DNA of 54,297 nt, counting the filler, from Basidiobolus ranarum (lineage: Eukaryota): assembly GCA_040143965.1 (NCBI GenBank). It is 3 parts of 3 records of this genome, joined end to end, with 100 filler letters (N's around TTAATTAATTAA, not from the genome) between each part and the next. Parts side by side here need not be neighbours in the genome. Positions count along the whole stretch, not along the records: positions 36,348 to 54,297 come from JASJQH010000286.1; 2 more parts are not named here. The stretch is one strand, 5' to 3'. The notes under the pieces were generated by a model, which saw nothing but the letters and a program-made list of their open reading frames with translations, did no database searches and was not told the DNA's origin. Shown in pieces: positions 40,848-52,410 of this stretch. How positions within the stretch are numbered: the stretch's first letter is position 1; each line of letters starts with the position of its first letter. Both the position numbers and the translations under genes were made by a program.

Positions 40848-41866
40848 TGAATATTATTACAAAGTTTTTAAAAGTATTTTCCACCCTTGGGAACCAATTA
40901 GTGCCGATTCAGCTAACAGTTGAACCAACTTGATTAGCCGGGTCACCGTAGATGCGGTGGATCTGTTTGTAAAGCGTATTTCTGGTACATCATAGCTTAT
41001 AATTGTAATGAAATAAAAGAATTTATGCATGAAACTAGATGTTGTCAGTAAAGAAGTGGAAGTAGTAATTATGAATTGTACATATAATATTCACGTTGCT
41101 ATCTTTATTATTTACATCAACAACTTCTTCATCTGTATATCGACTTACCGCCTATAACTCAAGATGAAATGGAACTAAAAATTACAACAAATTCGATATA
41201 TGATTGTTTGAAGTGCTCCATACTATTGATCTGGAATGAAGGGGCATTACTGTATTCTATATATTCCATTGCTTTGTACCAAAGAAGGTAACGTTAGATC
41301 AAACTCTTACCCTTCGATACAGGTAAGTCACGATAACAACAAACAAATCAAATAGAACAATGGTGACTATAGAAGTTTCACTGAATAGTATATGTATAGA
41401 CTCTACTGTGCAGTTAGTACACAGGTCAGGTTAGAAAAATCCGGCAATTCTTGGATTCACATACGCTTACGTGATAAAACAATAATATGAAGATGAAATG
41501 ATTCTTTTTTGAATTGTATTTTCAAACACATCAGTAATTTCATCTAATTATGAGCCAATCTCAGTCTAGATAATGGAACAATCTGTGTGACCAGTCATAG
41601 CTGAGCATATATCCATTAGATCTGTATTCCATCTAATGTCATGATCGTCATGAACTATATAGATTCTATGGCTCGGATATGAAACAACAAATTGATACAA
41701 TCAGATTACGCGATATTGTTTCATATTACTGAGTGAAATATGGATAGAAACAACATACAAGACAGACTATCTCAATCATATGCCGAGTCTTTAGTTTAGT
41801 TCGGTTGACTTTCGATTATAAATAGAGAATGGCGCCATCATGTGAGATATGTTAGAGTGCATACAT

Positions 41867-42750
41867 TTGTTGAAAAAATTTGGCAGTAATCATATACCAT
41901 CTTTGTGCTGAATTTTTATGAGTATATATATATATATTACTATTCGCCTACCACAGCCTGCTCAAGCACTACATTTACCCATCCTTTTTCTAACTTGACT
42001 AATTGTGTAGAATCCTTTCTGAACCAAGATAAGATAACTTGGGAACGGTCAGGCATCCTATTTATCAAGAACTCGATAAATTTCGCCTCTGAAGTGCTAC
42101 TCCAATATTAGTAGTAAGTTAACTTCATTCTCTTACCAACTGAATAAATTTGTTGATCAGGTAGCGATATAACAATAGCTCCAGCAGATACATTACTTTC
42201 ACCATATTTTCATAACATTAGTGTCTAAGCAGAGAAGCGATACCCTCTCGATCATCTATTCATATCGACATTTTAAGCGACACAAGCCGGACTCTCTTTA
42301 TCCCTTTCAACGAATGTCTGGTAGGTACGAGAGTCCAATATCTAGTTCAAGAAGTATTTCCATCATTACTTTCACCAAGTCAATCCACATTTTGGTTCAT
42401 CAATCTACAATTAACATTTCTATCCTAAAGTGAATCCAATTGCACGAATGATTCAGTAAGTGATTGTTCGAGCGGTGCACTCCGCAAACAGGAAATAGTG
42501 ACTTTGAGCAAAATGATTGAGTATTACAAATCCTTATTAAATGAACTATTAATAGTGGGTGAGCCAGAGAAAGTTCCGGAAATTATTACTCTTGTTCCCA
42601 CCAATAGCCAAGATATTGACATGTTGCTATCCACAGGCTCCTCCACTGTATCTTTTTATCTTTGAGGTATCAGATTTATGTGAGTATTTCCACCCCAGGA
42701 TTAAACTTTCTCACTGCTCCCACCTTTCTACCACAGCAGTTGCTGTATGA
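41867..42750 (+). pseudogene. HSF-array copy C, pseudogene
   Basis: ATG changed to TTG, a 1-nt deletion in the 'IPSFVL' codons, deletions and stops in exon 2 ('caatattagtagtaag'), and a lost intron-2 donor. Remnants 'WERSGI.FIKNSINFASEVL', 'IIYSYRHFKRHKPDSL' and 'KQEIVTLSKMIEYYK' are still readable. Confidence 0.85.
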
Positions 42751-43507
42751 CAATTACTGTAATGGTTTCTAATTAAAGGTTACTATGAGTAAGATGGTAC
42801 GAATATATAAAGCCATAATCATATGAAATCAAAGTACGCAGCTGATTTGAGAAACACAATTTGGCATCATATATATATATTGACATATTAACAGAACATT
42901 CAAGTTTCTGAGGTTTAATTTCATGCATAGAAATATTTGAACTCAAGCAGCCAAGTATATGACATTTATCAACTATAAGCGAATATCTTGGCTACATTTC
43001 AGTGTCTTTATCCACCTCTTGGTGTAGCCTTCGAGCCAGCTTACTATCCTGAGTTGCATGATATTCATACACATGTAATTAATTATTCTCGCTTGATCCG
43101 CTTTTTTCCTCAACTTTTAATTATCTTGTTGATTCTTCGAGCTTCTATTACCATATTGGACGCAACTTTCGTGCACGGTGATGGACACTGAAGTAGATGA
43201 CTCGGGTATCCATGGATCAGATTTCTGGATCGGATACAAAAATGAAGTATAATGACGTATTTGGCGAACCATGTCAATGCAACTGAATCATTATCATCTA
43301 CATAAAACCATTTGAACGTGAAGAGCTTAATTGGCTCAGGGTAGATTGAAATAAACCAAAAAGATAGAATCAGGTTTACTTATTATATTGCTATAACTAA
43401 CGCACAGATTGTGCTTCAAATATGTAGGGATGGTGATTGGATGTGATTGCAGAGAAATAGATTTTGTATACACACGAGAATTCAAAAAGGAAGAAGCGTT
43501 AGGGTTA

Positions 43508-45154
43508 TTAAAGACGACTAGATAATTTACGGCCTTTCTTAGGTGAGAGAGCGAGAGCATTCTCAACTTCATTTTGAGTACTCGTTACTAAATACCCTAT
43601 ACGATATTTCTTCAGTCTGTTATGTGCATTAGTTGAATGAACCGATACAAAGTCTTCGGTACAATCACCCCCAGCGTTGATAATGATACTATCAGCCCCT
43701 CCAGGGTGAAGCTTAATGAAATCTGTCACGTTATAAACTCCCTCTTTAACGATAATCCAGCAATCGTCAGGCTTATTGTGCTTATTGACTTCTTCCTGAG
43801 TATAGGCTTTACCAACCTTTGGAGTAGTTTTAATTGAAGGTTCTGAACCCTGCTTATCTTTCTTTGGAACCATCCAACCACTTGCGATATTTGCAGTAAG
43901 GCAAGGATGTTCAAATCGATAGTTCATTTCACCATTCGAATTCTCCTCAAGGTTTACCTTTAACCTAAAATAAGCGTTGTTCATTTGACCCAGGATATTC
44001 CAAGTGATATTGACGGGTTGAGTATTTAAAGTAGAATCCCAAGCACGAACAATAATCTCTTTGCATTGAAGTAGCTTCTTCAGTGGAAGATCATATGACC
44101 ATATTGCCCAAGCCCAGTACTTCTTGGTGATAGGGGAGGGAATTTGCTGATCTATATTACATAAAATCCAAGTCTTGCCATCGTCCAGAGATAACTCAAC
44201 ACGAGTAATCCTATTACCACTTCCAGTGTAAGCATAACCACAGCATTTGAAAGATTCCTGAGAAACAGGAACTATCTGGCCTTCTTCTGGATATGCGAAA
44301 GCGGAGTTGATGTTCATTGGATTAATGATGTAGCTAGGGTTTTGCCACCATTTATCTCTAATGGCTTCTTCAGGTTCAACATGGGATGGAATAATACGAT
44401 TATCGTAAATATGATACCAATTATCCGATTCGGTTTTAGAGACAAATATTCTCTTCACCCACTTGACCATACGACCACCAATAATTCCCGGTAAGAGAAG
44501 CCTTACTGGAAAACCGTGATCTGGAGGTAGCAGTTCTCCATTCATTTCATATGACATAAGTACCTCATTACGCGGGTCCATAATGTATTGGTAACTAACA
44601 CTAGTTGCATAAATTCCATTTGGAAGCATTTCGGCACCTTCAAAGTGGACATGCCAGTCCTCCTCATCCTCCTTTGGGATTCGGACTCCACAGGCTAACA
44701 ACAAGTCACGTAGCATGACACCACCAAATACGGCTGTAGAGACGCCAGCAGATCCCCAATTAAAACCTTTAGATTGTTTAAAAAGATTGACTTCTCTGCG
44801 ACGGTTGCCAGCACAAGGAAATGTGACGGGGAATTGTCTCTTGGGGAAAGCAGCTAATTCGTCCATAGAAAAGATTCTAGGATTATCAACCAAGCCTGTG
44901 ATTTCCAGGGTATGGGTATCCCAATCGAGTTTGGGGACAAGACCATGGTTACGTACATAAAAGAGAGAGTTGGGAGTAAGGTAACCCTCATCGTATAGAC
45001 GAGATGGTGAGGGTTCAGCGTTTAGAGGATGCTTTCCAGTAAGCCTAATTAGGCCAGGATTTCTCTTGATCCAATTATCTGGGGTGTGTTCATCGCGTTT
45101 ATCATATATTCTTTCATTGTCAGCAGCAAATTTTGGTAGATTGTTGTAAATCAT
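43508..45154 (-). CDS. niaD: Eukaryotic nitrate reductase-like protein: Moco + dimerisation + cytochrome b5 domains, no FAD/NAD(P)H domain; intronless
   Basis: 'DKRDEHTPDNWIKRNPGLIRLTGKHPLNAEP', 'FYVRNHG', Mo-ligand 'CAGNRR', 'GFNWG', 'PDHGFPVR', 'IGGRMVKW', 'YHIYDNR', 'GYAYTGSG.RITRVE', 'VRAWD', b5 'HPGG...VHS'. The ORF ends 7 aa after 'ALSPKK'. Confidence 0.92.
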   Translation of the reverse strand: MIYNNLPKFAADNERIYDKRDEHTPDNWIKRNPGLIRLTGKHPLNAEPSPSRLYDEGYLTPNSLFYVRNHGLVPKLDWDTHTLEITGLVDNPRIFSMDELAAFPKRQFPVTFPCAGNRRREVNLFKQSKGFNWGSAGVSTAVFGGVMLRDLLLACGVRIPKEDEEDWHVHFEGAEMLPNGIYATSVSYQYIMDPRNEVLMSYEMNGELLPPDHGFPVRLLLPGIIGGRMVKWVKRIFVSKTESDNWYHIYDNRIIPSHVEPEEAIRDKWWQNPSYIINPMNINSAFAYPEEGQIVPVSQESFKCCGYAYTGSGNRITRVELSLDDGKTWILCNIDQQIPSPITKKYWAWAIWSYDLPLKKLLQCKEIIVRAWDSTLNTQPVNITWNILGQMNNAYFRLKVNLEENSNGEMNYRFEHPCLTANIASGWMVPKKDKQGSEPSIKTTPKVGKAYTQEEVNKHNKPDDCWIIVKEGVYNVTDFIKLHPGGADSIIINAGGDCTEDFVSVHSTNAHNRLKKYRIGYLVTSTQNEVENALALSPKKGRKLSSRL

Positions 45155-46125
45155 TATGTATGCGTTGGTGTACTACTCTATAAAGCTGAGGTGTTCATAG
45201 TGGCGCTTAAGTACTCCTACTCGGTGCTGAAACATTTTCTGATTCCTTTGCTCTCCCCCACAGAAATAATATCCACAGTCCATTATGCAACATCTGTCGC
45301 CACGATCCAAGCCTCCTGAAATCCAGCATCAAAGATTTTATTTTAATTGGCTTAAATCTTCCATTGTTTTTACCAATCGGACAATAATGGCAATTTTTCG
45401 ATCACTTTCGACAGTTCTCGCCTATTCTGGGTATATCGCAGTCTAGGCACGTGTATAATCCAAGGTTTAACCTCAGGTTTCCATAGCTTCAAAGGAATAA
45501 TTCTCTCTTTCCAAGGACCGCAAGTCTATAGTAGGCTCTGGTATCCAGTATCGTTTTATACTGATTCAATGAAGCGTTTCATTAGATGATTTGAATATGG
45601 TGGATGTTCTTAATCCCTTTTACACCAAAGAAACGCTAGAACAGTATATATACTCCTTATGAAGAATCCACTTTTGGGGTGATTATTAATCATGACTCAA
45701 TAAGGCTACTTGCTATTGGGTGCTGGTGAGGCAATCTAGCATCGGCTAGGTTTCATATGGATGTGAATACAAGCCGATCTGGGATCAGTAATAACACGAT
45801 CAAGTCTGGAAGTTACAAGCAAACGATCAGGGTGATGATTTGCCCTGAGGCTTGTAGATCCAAATTAAAGAGTTACTGATAAATTACTCATCTTTCCAGC
45901 AGTGTCAGTGATGGCAACTGGATCTACCTCCTCATAGCTGTTTACGGAGGAGATAATATCAGAATCACGAAATGGGTAATAAAAATACTACAAAAACTGG
46001 TGACTGCGATCAAATTCTAATTCCCTTCCCCATAGCACCATTTACAAATATCCCTACTGATTAAGCCTGATTAAATTTAGTCAGTACAAATAAGACTGGC
46101 CGCACCATGGCGGACAACACATAAA

Positions 46126-47074
46126 ATGCTTGAAGGTTATATCGGTAAGCTTAGTATGCGTATACCTTCCTTTGTTCTAAATCTTTACAGGTACAACGCT
46201 CCTTCCTATCCCACTACCACATAACTTCTCTACTAACTTGGTTAATTCTATAGAATACTTTCTGAACCAAAATACTCAGATATGATAGCTTGGGAGCGGT
46301 CAGGCACCAGGTTTATCATCAAAGATACTCTCTCCTTTGCCTCCAAAGTACTTCCCAAATACTACGAGACTAGCAAATTCACTTCATTCTCTCGTCAATT
46401 AAATGTAACTGATGCCTATTAGAGTTATTAAGGAAGTAGCAATATATTAATCTTTGCAATAGATATATGGCTTCCATCGAATTTCGGACCGACGAAGGAC
46501 CAAACAGAGTAGTGAGGCATCTACAATCATTTATTCACACCAACACTTTAAACGAGACCATCCTGACTCCCTTCATCTCATTCAACGTATGGTGGGTCCA
46601 TATTCCCAAGCAAGGACTAGATATTCAATTCAAGAAGCTAACACTAAACCGGCCTTACCTCTCTCGTTGCCTTCACCAATCTCACCAGTGTTACCCTCAT
46701 TTTCAGCCATCAACTTACAGCCAATATCTCAACATGAGTGTGAGTCAAAACGTACGAATGCTCCAGTAGATGCTTGCTCAAATTGTGCGATACTCAAACA
46801 AGAAATGATAGCTTTGAGTAAGTTGATTGAGTATTACAAGTTCTTAGTAAGCGAACCATTCATACTGGGCAGTATGAAGCTAAAAAAGACTACAGTAGGC
46901 CATGACCATGCTCCCACTACTAACCAATATACGGATGTGTTGTCTGCGCCTTGTGCCATCCCTTTATCAAGTTGCACTTTGTCAAATTTCAATACGGATA
47001 TTCATTCTAATAATTATGCTAATCTTTTGGCTTTAGAAGATATTTCACTATTCCCAAATGTTGCCTATCTTTAA
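46126..47074 (+). CDS. HSF-type DNA-binding-domain transcription factor, copy D (exons 46126-46190, 46254-46404, 46463-47074)
   Basis: Spliced: 'MLEGYIGKLSMRIPSFVLNLYR|ILSEPKYSDMIAWERSGTRFIIKDTLSFASKVLPKYYETSKFTSFSRQLN|IYGFHRISDRRRTK...YSHQHFKRDHPDSLHLIQR...CSNCAILKQEMIALSKLIEYYK'. Confidence 0.92.
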
Positions 47075-47821
47075 TAGACTCTTAAATACCATTGGATGAA
47101 GATTCGTATCATTATTCTTATGAAAGCTATTAGTAAATCCAGACTGGATAGGTTTGTTTTCTGATGGGTTGTCCAACTTCAAAGTGATAGTTATAGCAAT
47201 GATATGATGCAATCGTAGTACGCAGCTGGGTTGGACCACAACTTGGTTGGGGGAGGGGGAAGGTAAAATCACATAAACCTCTTCCTTGTTAATCCTAACT
47301 CTTAGACATTCCTGAATACCTCCACACCAGCTCCCTAGACATTCATAAGGGTTAATTAGCATAATGTTATCAGGTTAGTATCAAATCCCAACCAAAGGGA
47401 GTGATTTTGGAACATACTTGGGTTCAAGCTATTCAGTTGAGTAATTAGTGAGATGGAAAATGCCGAACTAAAACAAGATTTACGCAAACAAAAATCTTAC
47501 ATTTAAGATTCCTTTCACAGAAAAGTGATCGCCCTGGGGAATGTAGATCTAAATTTGATCTCGAATCGATTTTCAGAGTAGAGAAATGTCACTTTCCATA
47601 TGGATGATGTGTTGGGTGGGTTTTATCAACTAGTTTTTTGAGATACAAATAATACAAATAGGTGATAAACTATATCCAAAAAGTCCAATTGCAGTATAAG
47701 TGAAACCATCTACATATATTGCTACAATAAAAATAGTTCAGCGCGCATAAATCCCATGTAATATTTCCTGTAATACTACGCCCATGTTCACAAATCATTT
47801 GATTCGGTGCACTTTAACTAT

Positions 47822-47830
47822 TATATATAA
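47822..47830 (+). promoter_or_regulatory. Putative TATA box of HSF copy E
   Basis: TATATATAA about 40 nt upstream of the ATG at 47868. Copy B has TATAAAA at a similar distance. Confidence 0.4.
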
Positions 47831-47867
47831 GGTTAGCTGCTAGCGCGACATAGTAAAGTATATTACA

Positions 47868-48843
47868 ATGTTGAAAGGATCTGCTAGTAAACTTGATATT
47901 CGTATACCTTCCTTTGTGCTGGATCTTTACAAGTAAGCTTTATTTCCTCACGTTGTATCCTCTTCTACACTTCAATATTGTGCACTAGTGGCTTCAAGAG
48001 TGTCTTTACTAAGTTCATACAACTTGTAGAATACTCTTAGAAGAGAAATACTCTGACATGATAGCCTGGGAGTTGTCAGGCAGCAGGTTTATCATTAAAA
48101 ATCCAAGTCTTTTCGCTTCTAAAGTGCTTCCTCAGTACTACAAAACTAATAAATTTGCCTCATTCGCTCGTCAATTAAACGTAAGTTGCAAGCTGTAATA
48201 GTTGTCGCTAATGAAATGATATTAATGCTTCCAACAGATATATGGTTTCCATCGCGTTTCTGACCGACGAAGGACCAAACAAAATCATACTGCTTCAATA
48301 ATTATCTACTCACACCAATATTTCAAGCGAAGTCAGCCAAACTCTCTTCATCTCATCCAACGTACGACGAGTTCCTATATCAAAACTAGAGTCAAATATT
48401 CAACTCCAGAGGTAGACACTACCAGCAAGTCAGCGTCTGCTCCTTCACCCCCTTTATCGCCAGTATTTCCATCATTCTCAGTCATCAACACACAACTAAT
48501 ACCTGGTAATGAGAGCAGAGTACCTAGCATAGCAGAGCCAATAGGCCACTGTTCGAATTGCAAAACACTTGAACAAGAAATGGCGACTTTAAGTAATATG
48601 ATTCAGTATTATATATCAGTATTGAATGGGTCTGAAAATGCGACAGTAATACACACTCCTGTTTCCACTAATTATCAAAATATGTGGCCTATGGAGATAC
48701 AACCATCTCTTATCTTATCGCCATCTTCCACCAACTTCTCCATCGAAGAGCTTTTGCCAAGTTCATGTATTGATTTTGATTTTGTTCCTTGTAACTACAC
48801 ACCTTTTACTAATGACAGATATACTACTGCTTTCAAATATTGA
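47868..48843 (+). CDS. HSF-type DNA-binding-domain transcription factor, copy E (exons 47868-47932, 48030-48180, 48238-48843)
   Basis: Spliced: 'MLKGSASKLDIRIPSFVLDLYK|ILLEEKYSDMIAWELSGSRFIIKNPSLFASKVLPQYYKTNKFASFARQLN|IYGFHRVSDRRRTK...YSHQYFKRSQPNSLHLIQR...CSNCKTLEQEMATLSNMIQYY'. Confidence 0.92.
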
Positions 48844-51800
48844 ATAATTGTAATAATAAACGTGCGAACTTTTGTGAAGTAATCATTACGAAGCATATGT
48901 AAAATCATCGCACCAGAGTATCTAATTAAATTACTTTTTGTGGATTATGTCCTAAATCCTACTCCCTAGTGCACGGATATTGAAAGATTAACGATCGGAT
49001 ATTAATATGAATTTCTCCAACTCTACTAAATGTTACGCGTTTGTGCACACATGTTGAGGCCAACCTTTTCTATTCTTAGTCTATTATAAGAAATGGGGGG
49101 GTGATATCATCTAGATTGGATCCATATATATACAGATCGTATTAAGAATCAGTGATTTCGGATTTCAAGGGATTTTTGAATGATTTCGTAGCATCAGTCT
49201 CAGCAAGGGCAATGGCCATGTTTCAACCGGGTTGCAAACGTATTCTTCAATCTAGTTTCATCGAAGAGTCCATTTAGTACAGAAACCAATTACACAAGTT
49301 GCTACTCTGGACCTTTGACTGTTACATCGAGTTAAGTAAGGGATCAGATCCAGCTACAGCTACATAGGAAATTAGAGCAGATATAGCAATAGCGGATGTA
49401 CACGCTAATTTGCAGTTTTAACTGAGTAATCAAGTGTGCTAAAGGTTGACCAAGAAATTGATGAACTTGTAAGGAAGTTTAAAGCAACAATAGCATACCT
49501 ATTATTGTTATTCTCAATTGCTTTATCACTACCTGCAACATGCTAAAATGGTTCAATATGCTTGAAGCCAATCCAGTAATACATCTCCAGATTTGTTGCT
49601 AGATACTGGTACTATCATTTTATGCTAATGCTTCAAAATATCGGAAAAATATCCTCTTCTCTATCGAATGCTTCCAGGTCAATTTTCATCATTTGTTTTT
49701 CTTGGCTATTAACAATTCCTCATAATATCTCATTTATTCACAATATCTTAAAACCAGATTATATTAATAGCTTGATTTTCGCAACTGGATTCAACTAAAC
49801 ATCAAATGTAGCAATAATCAGCATTCTGCCACTAGCTATTCAGAAAGAGTTCTTATACTAAAGTATGATTATATATGTATGGTTATAGATAGTGCTACAT
49901 AGACCATTTGTAAGTATCACAAGTGTTTCGCATTAACTTGAATCTGTGGTATATTCTAGAATCGTTGAATATAAATCCAGAATCATCTAATTATGTTGCA
50001 GCTGGGCTTTACGTAGATCATATTGTGGAATTATCAAGCGCCAGATGTAGGATCAAACTCCCCAGTCTGAAGTATCTGTAAAGTTAGTTTGCCTTGTTCA
50101 AATAGATTTATGGTTTCTACTAAATATTTTCCCGAGGAATGGCTAAACTTTTTAGCACTGACAAATATCTTTTCACATGAACATCCCCGATGACATCAAC
50201 CAGTTTCCTACTATCTCATTCAATATATGTCCCTCTCCTACTATTGCTTGCTCTGGAAGAGTGGTCTTTTGCGTAAGATATTATCCGGATATCTACGTTT
50301 TGTTATGCATATCCTTATCCTTCATCAGTGGCAAATATATATTCAAATAAATATGCACCGGAGTTGTAGTAATATCAGTGTAAGTCATCGCGACTCTGAA
50401 TCGAGAGTTGCCGATGCTCGCGTTGTCTTGATTGCGTAGATTTTGTTACATTAGGTACATTACCAGTATATACAACTCGTTTATTAAATATCATAAAAGC
50501 AGGTTTGAATGTTTAACCACTACGGTATGGCCAGGTAAATATCAAATGACAAGCAATACTCTATATAATTCTATATACTGGACGACAGTTTGTGTTGCTT
50601 GAATAGACCAGGTACCCTCAGGTAAACTTGAAATTTTTGTACTTCCTTTCGTACCACCATCATCTGAATCTACTTCCAATTCCCATAAAGCCAAAATGTG
50701 CCAAGAGGCAATACATAGCCATTGGTTTTAGTTCTTCAGTCAATAAAATTAAAAAGTATAATAATTTAGTATTACATTAAACTAGGATAAACCATTCATA
50801 GTGATTAGTATATAGTGACTAGTATAATATACAGAGGGTGATTTTTGTTATCCAACTTTTTTCATCAATTAACGTGATTGATAATTATTCCTCGTTGAGC
50901 TTTTACTTACTAGTAACTAATGAGATAACTCTGCTTTTGGAGATGTTGTTTCCGGCCTTGTTTTTCATTAGTCTTTACTTACTAATAACTGATAGGATGT
51001 CTCTACTTGTAACTCAAAGCCGCTTTCGTTATTATTCTACTTGATAATAGGGACTTCATATTAGATGTAGACTAAATGAGACATCATCTAGGAAGCAAGT
51101 TAATCCAAGTAAATATTATCTTTCTTTGTATTAGCAACAGTCTTAATTTTCCTATCAAATATGAGCTAAGCGTTAGTGGTAAAACATCTCATACTTTTGG
51201 TAGCACGTGCCATTATCGCACCCAAGTATAACAGTAGTACTGAAATAAACAAGCAATAAACGCAAACACCAGTACAGTATTTCAGTATTGCAAGTCTAAA
51301 CTGGATAGACATATATCGCACTTAGTATGATATACAAAAGGGTATCTTTAACTAGGTACATTGTTTCGATCAATTGGCAAGATTCCTGGCCTAGTTATTC
51401 TTTTACCTTGGTGATATATTATCCTTATCTAATTTCTAAAATTCCTGTCATTTTAATGACAATAACATTCGAAATTGTTTCTCAGTATTTCATTGCAATG
51501 CTACTATATTATCTTAGATGACATCATTCACTTTAGTCACGATAGTGAACGCCTTGGTTTCAACACGAATGATTCGATGGAAACAGTCCTAAGAGCTAAT
51601 GGGGCACTATGAGCAAATCTGAGTCGAGAGGCAGACTTAAGGTTAACACCATACTCCGGTGAATCATAGAAATTGGGGCCGGAAATTGGAGCATAATGGG
51701 TCTTCTGGTCATAACGTACATCTTGTTTCCCTCAAATTATTGTTATTGTAGTGCAACTAATAGAAAACTGTTGTACTACTATGCATATGTACTATCCTTT

Positions 51801-52235
51801 TCTAGGCTTGAAACTATCAATTGGATTTTTATTGAGTGGATGTCTCTGGTCGTAAATCAAAGCAACTTTTGTCTATACGTGCAATTCACTAATTTAAAAG
51901 TTACTGTCACTATAATTCTACTGGTCCATAATTTTTTTAATTTAGGCCCATTGAAGCAATATCTAAGAAGTACATTTAGTTAAGTAAATAAGATTCTTCT
52001 TGGTGTTAGTATCAACGATTATTTTCATATCAAGATGAGCTGTGAGTAGTAGCCAAATTGGATGATTTTGGTTACATGTGTGCTTTACATCAACTAAGTA
52101 ATAACCACCTCAAGTCATCGTATTTACATGTGAACGGTAATGGTGTAGTAAGTATCATTTTTATATACAAACGATAATAGACTAGAAATATGTATAAATA
52201 TCTCGCAGAAAGTTTAGAGAAGATATGTGTATGAA

Positions 52236-52410
52236 TGCTCCCCTTCCCCTCATCCTTTCAGCACGCATTTTTTGTCAACTTTCGGTCATCAGTACACGAG
52301 CAAAACGGATAGTCCTGAAGAGTCAACATCTTTGATAGATATACACTCTGGATAAGAAATGATGAGTAAAAACATTGAGTATTATTGTTCACGTCTAATG
52401 AATCTCCTAC
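52236..52410 (+). pseudogene. Highly decayed HSF-array exon-3 relic
   Basis: 'tcggtcatcagtacacga' resembles copy E 'tcagtcatcaacacacaa'. 'actctggataagaaatgatgagtaaaaacattgagtattat' resembles 'acacttgaacaagaaatg...agtaatatgattcagtattat'. Frameshifted. Confidence 0.45.

Noticed and set aside
50385-50416. Short GC-rich hairpin (catcgcgactct/agagttgccgatg)
   Set aside because: Too short and isolated to distinguish from chance; no tRNA or snRNA features.
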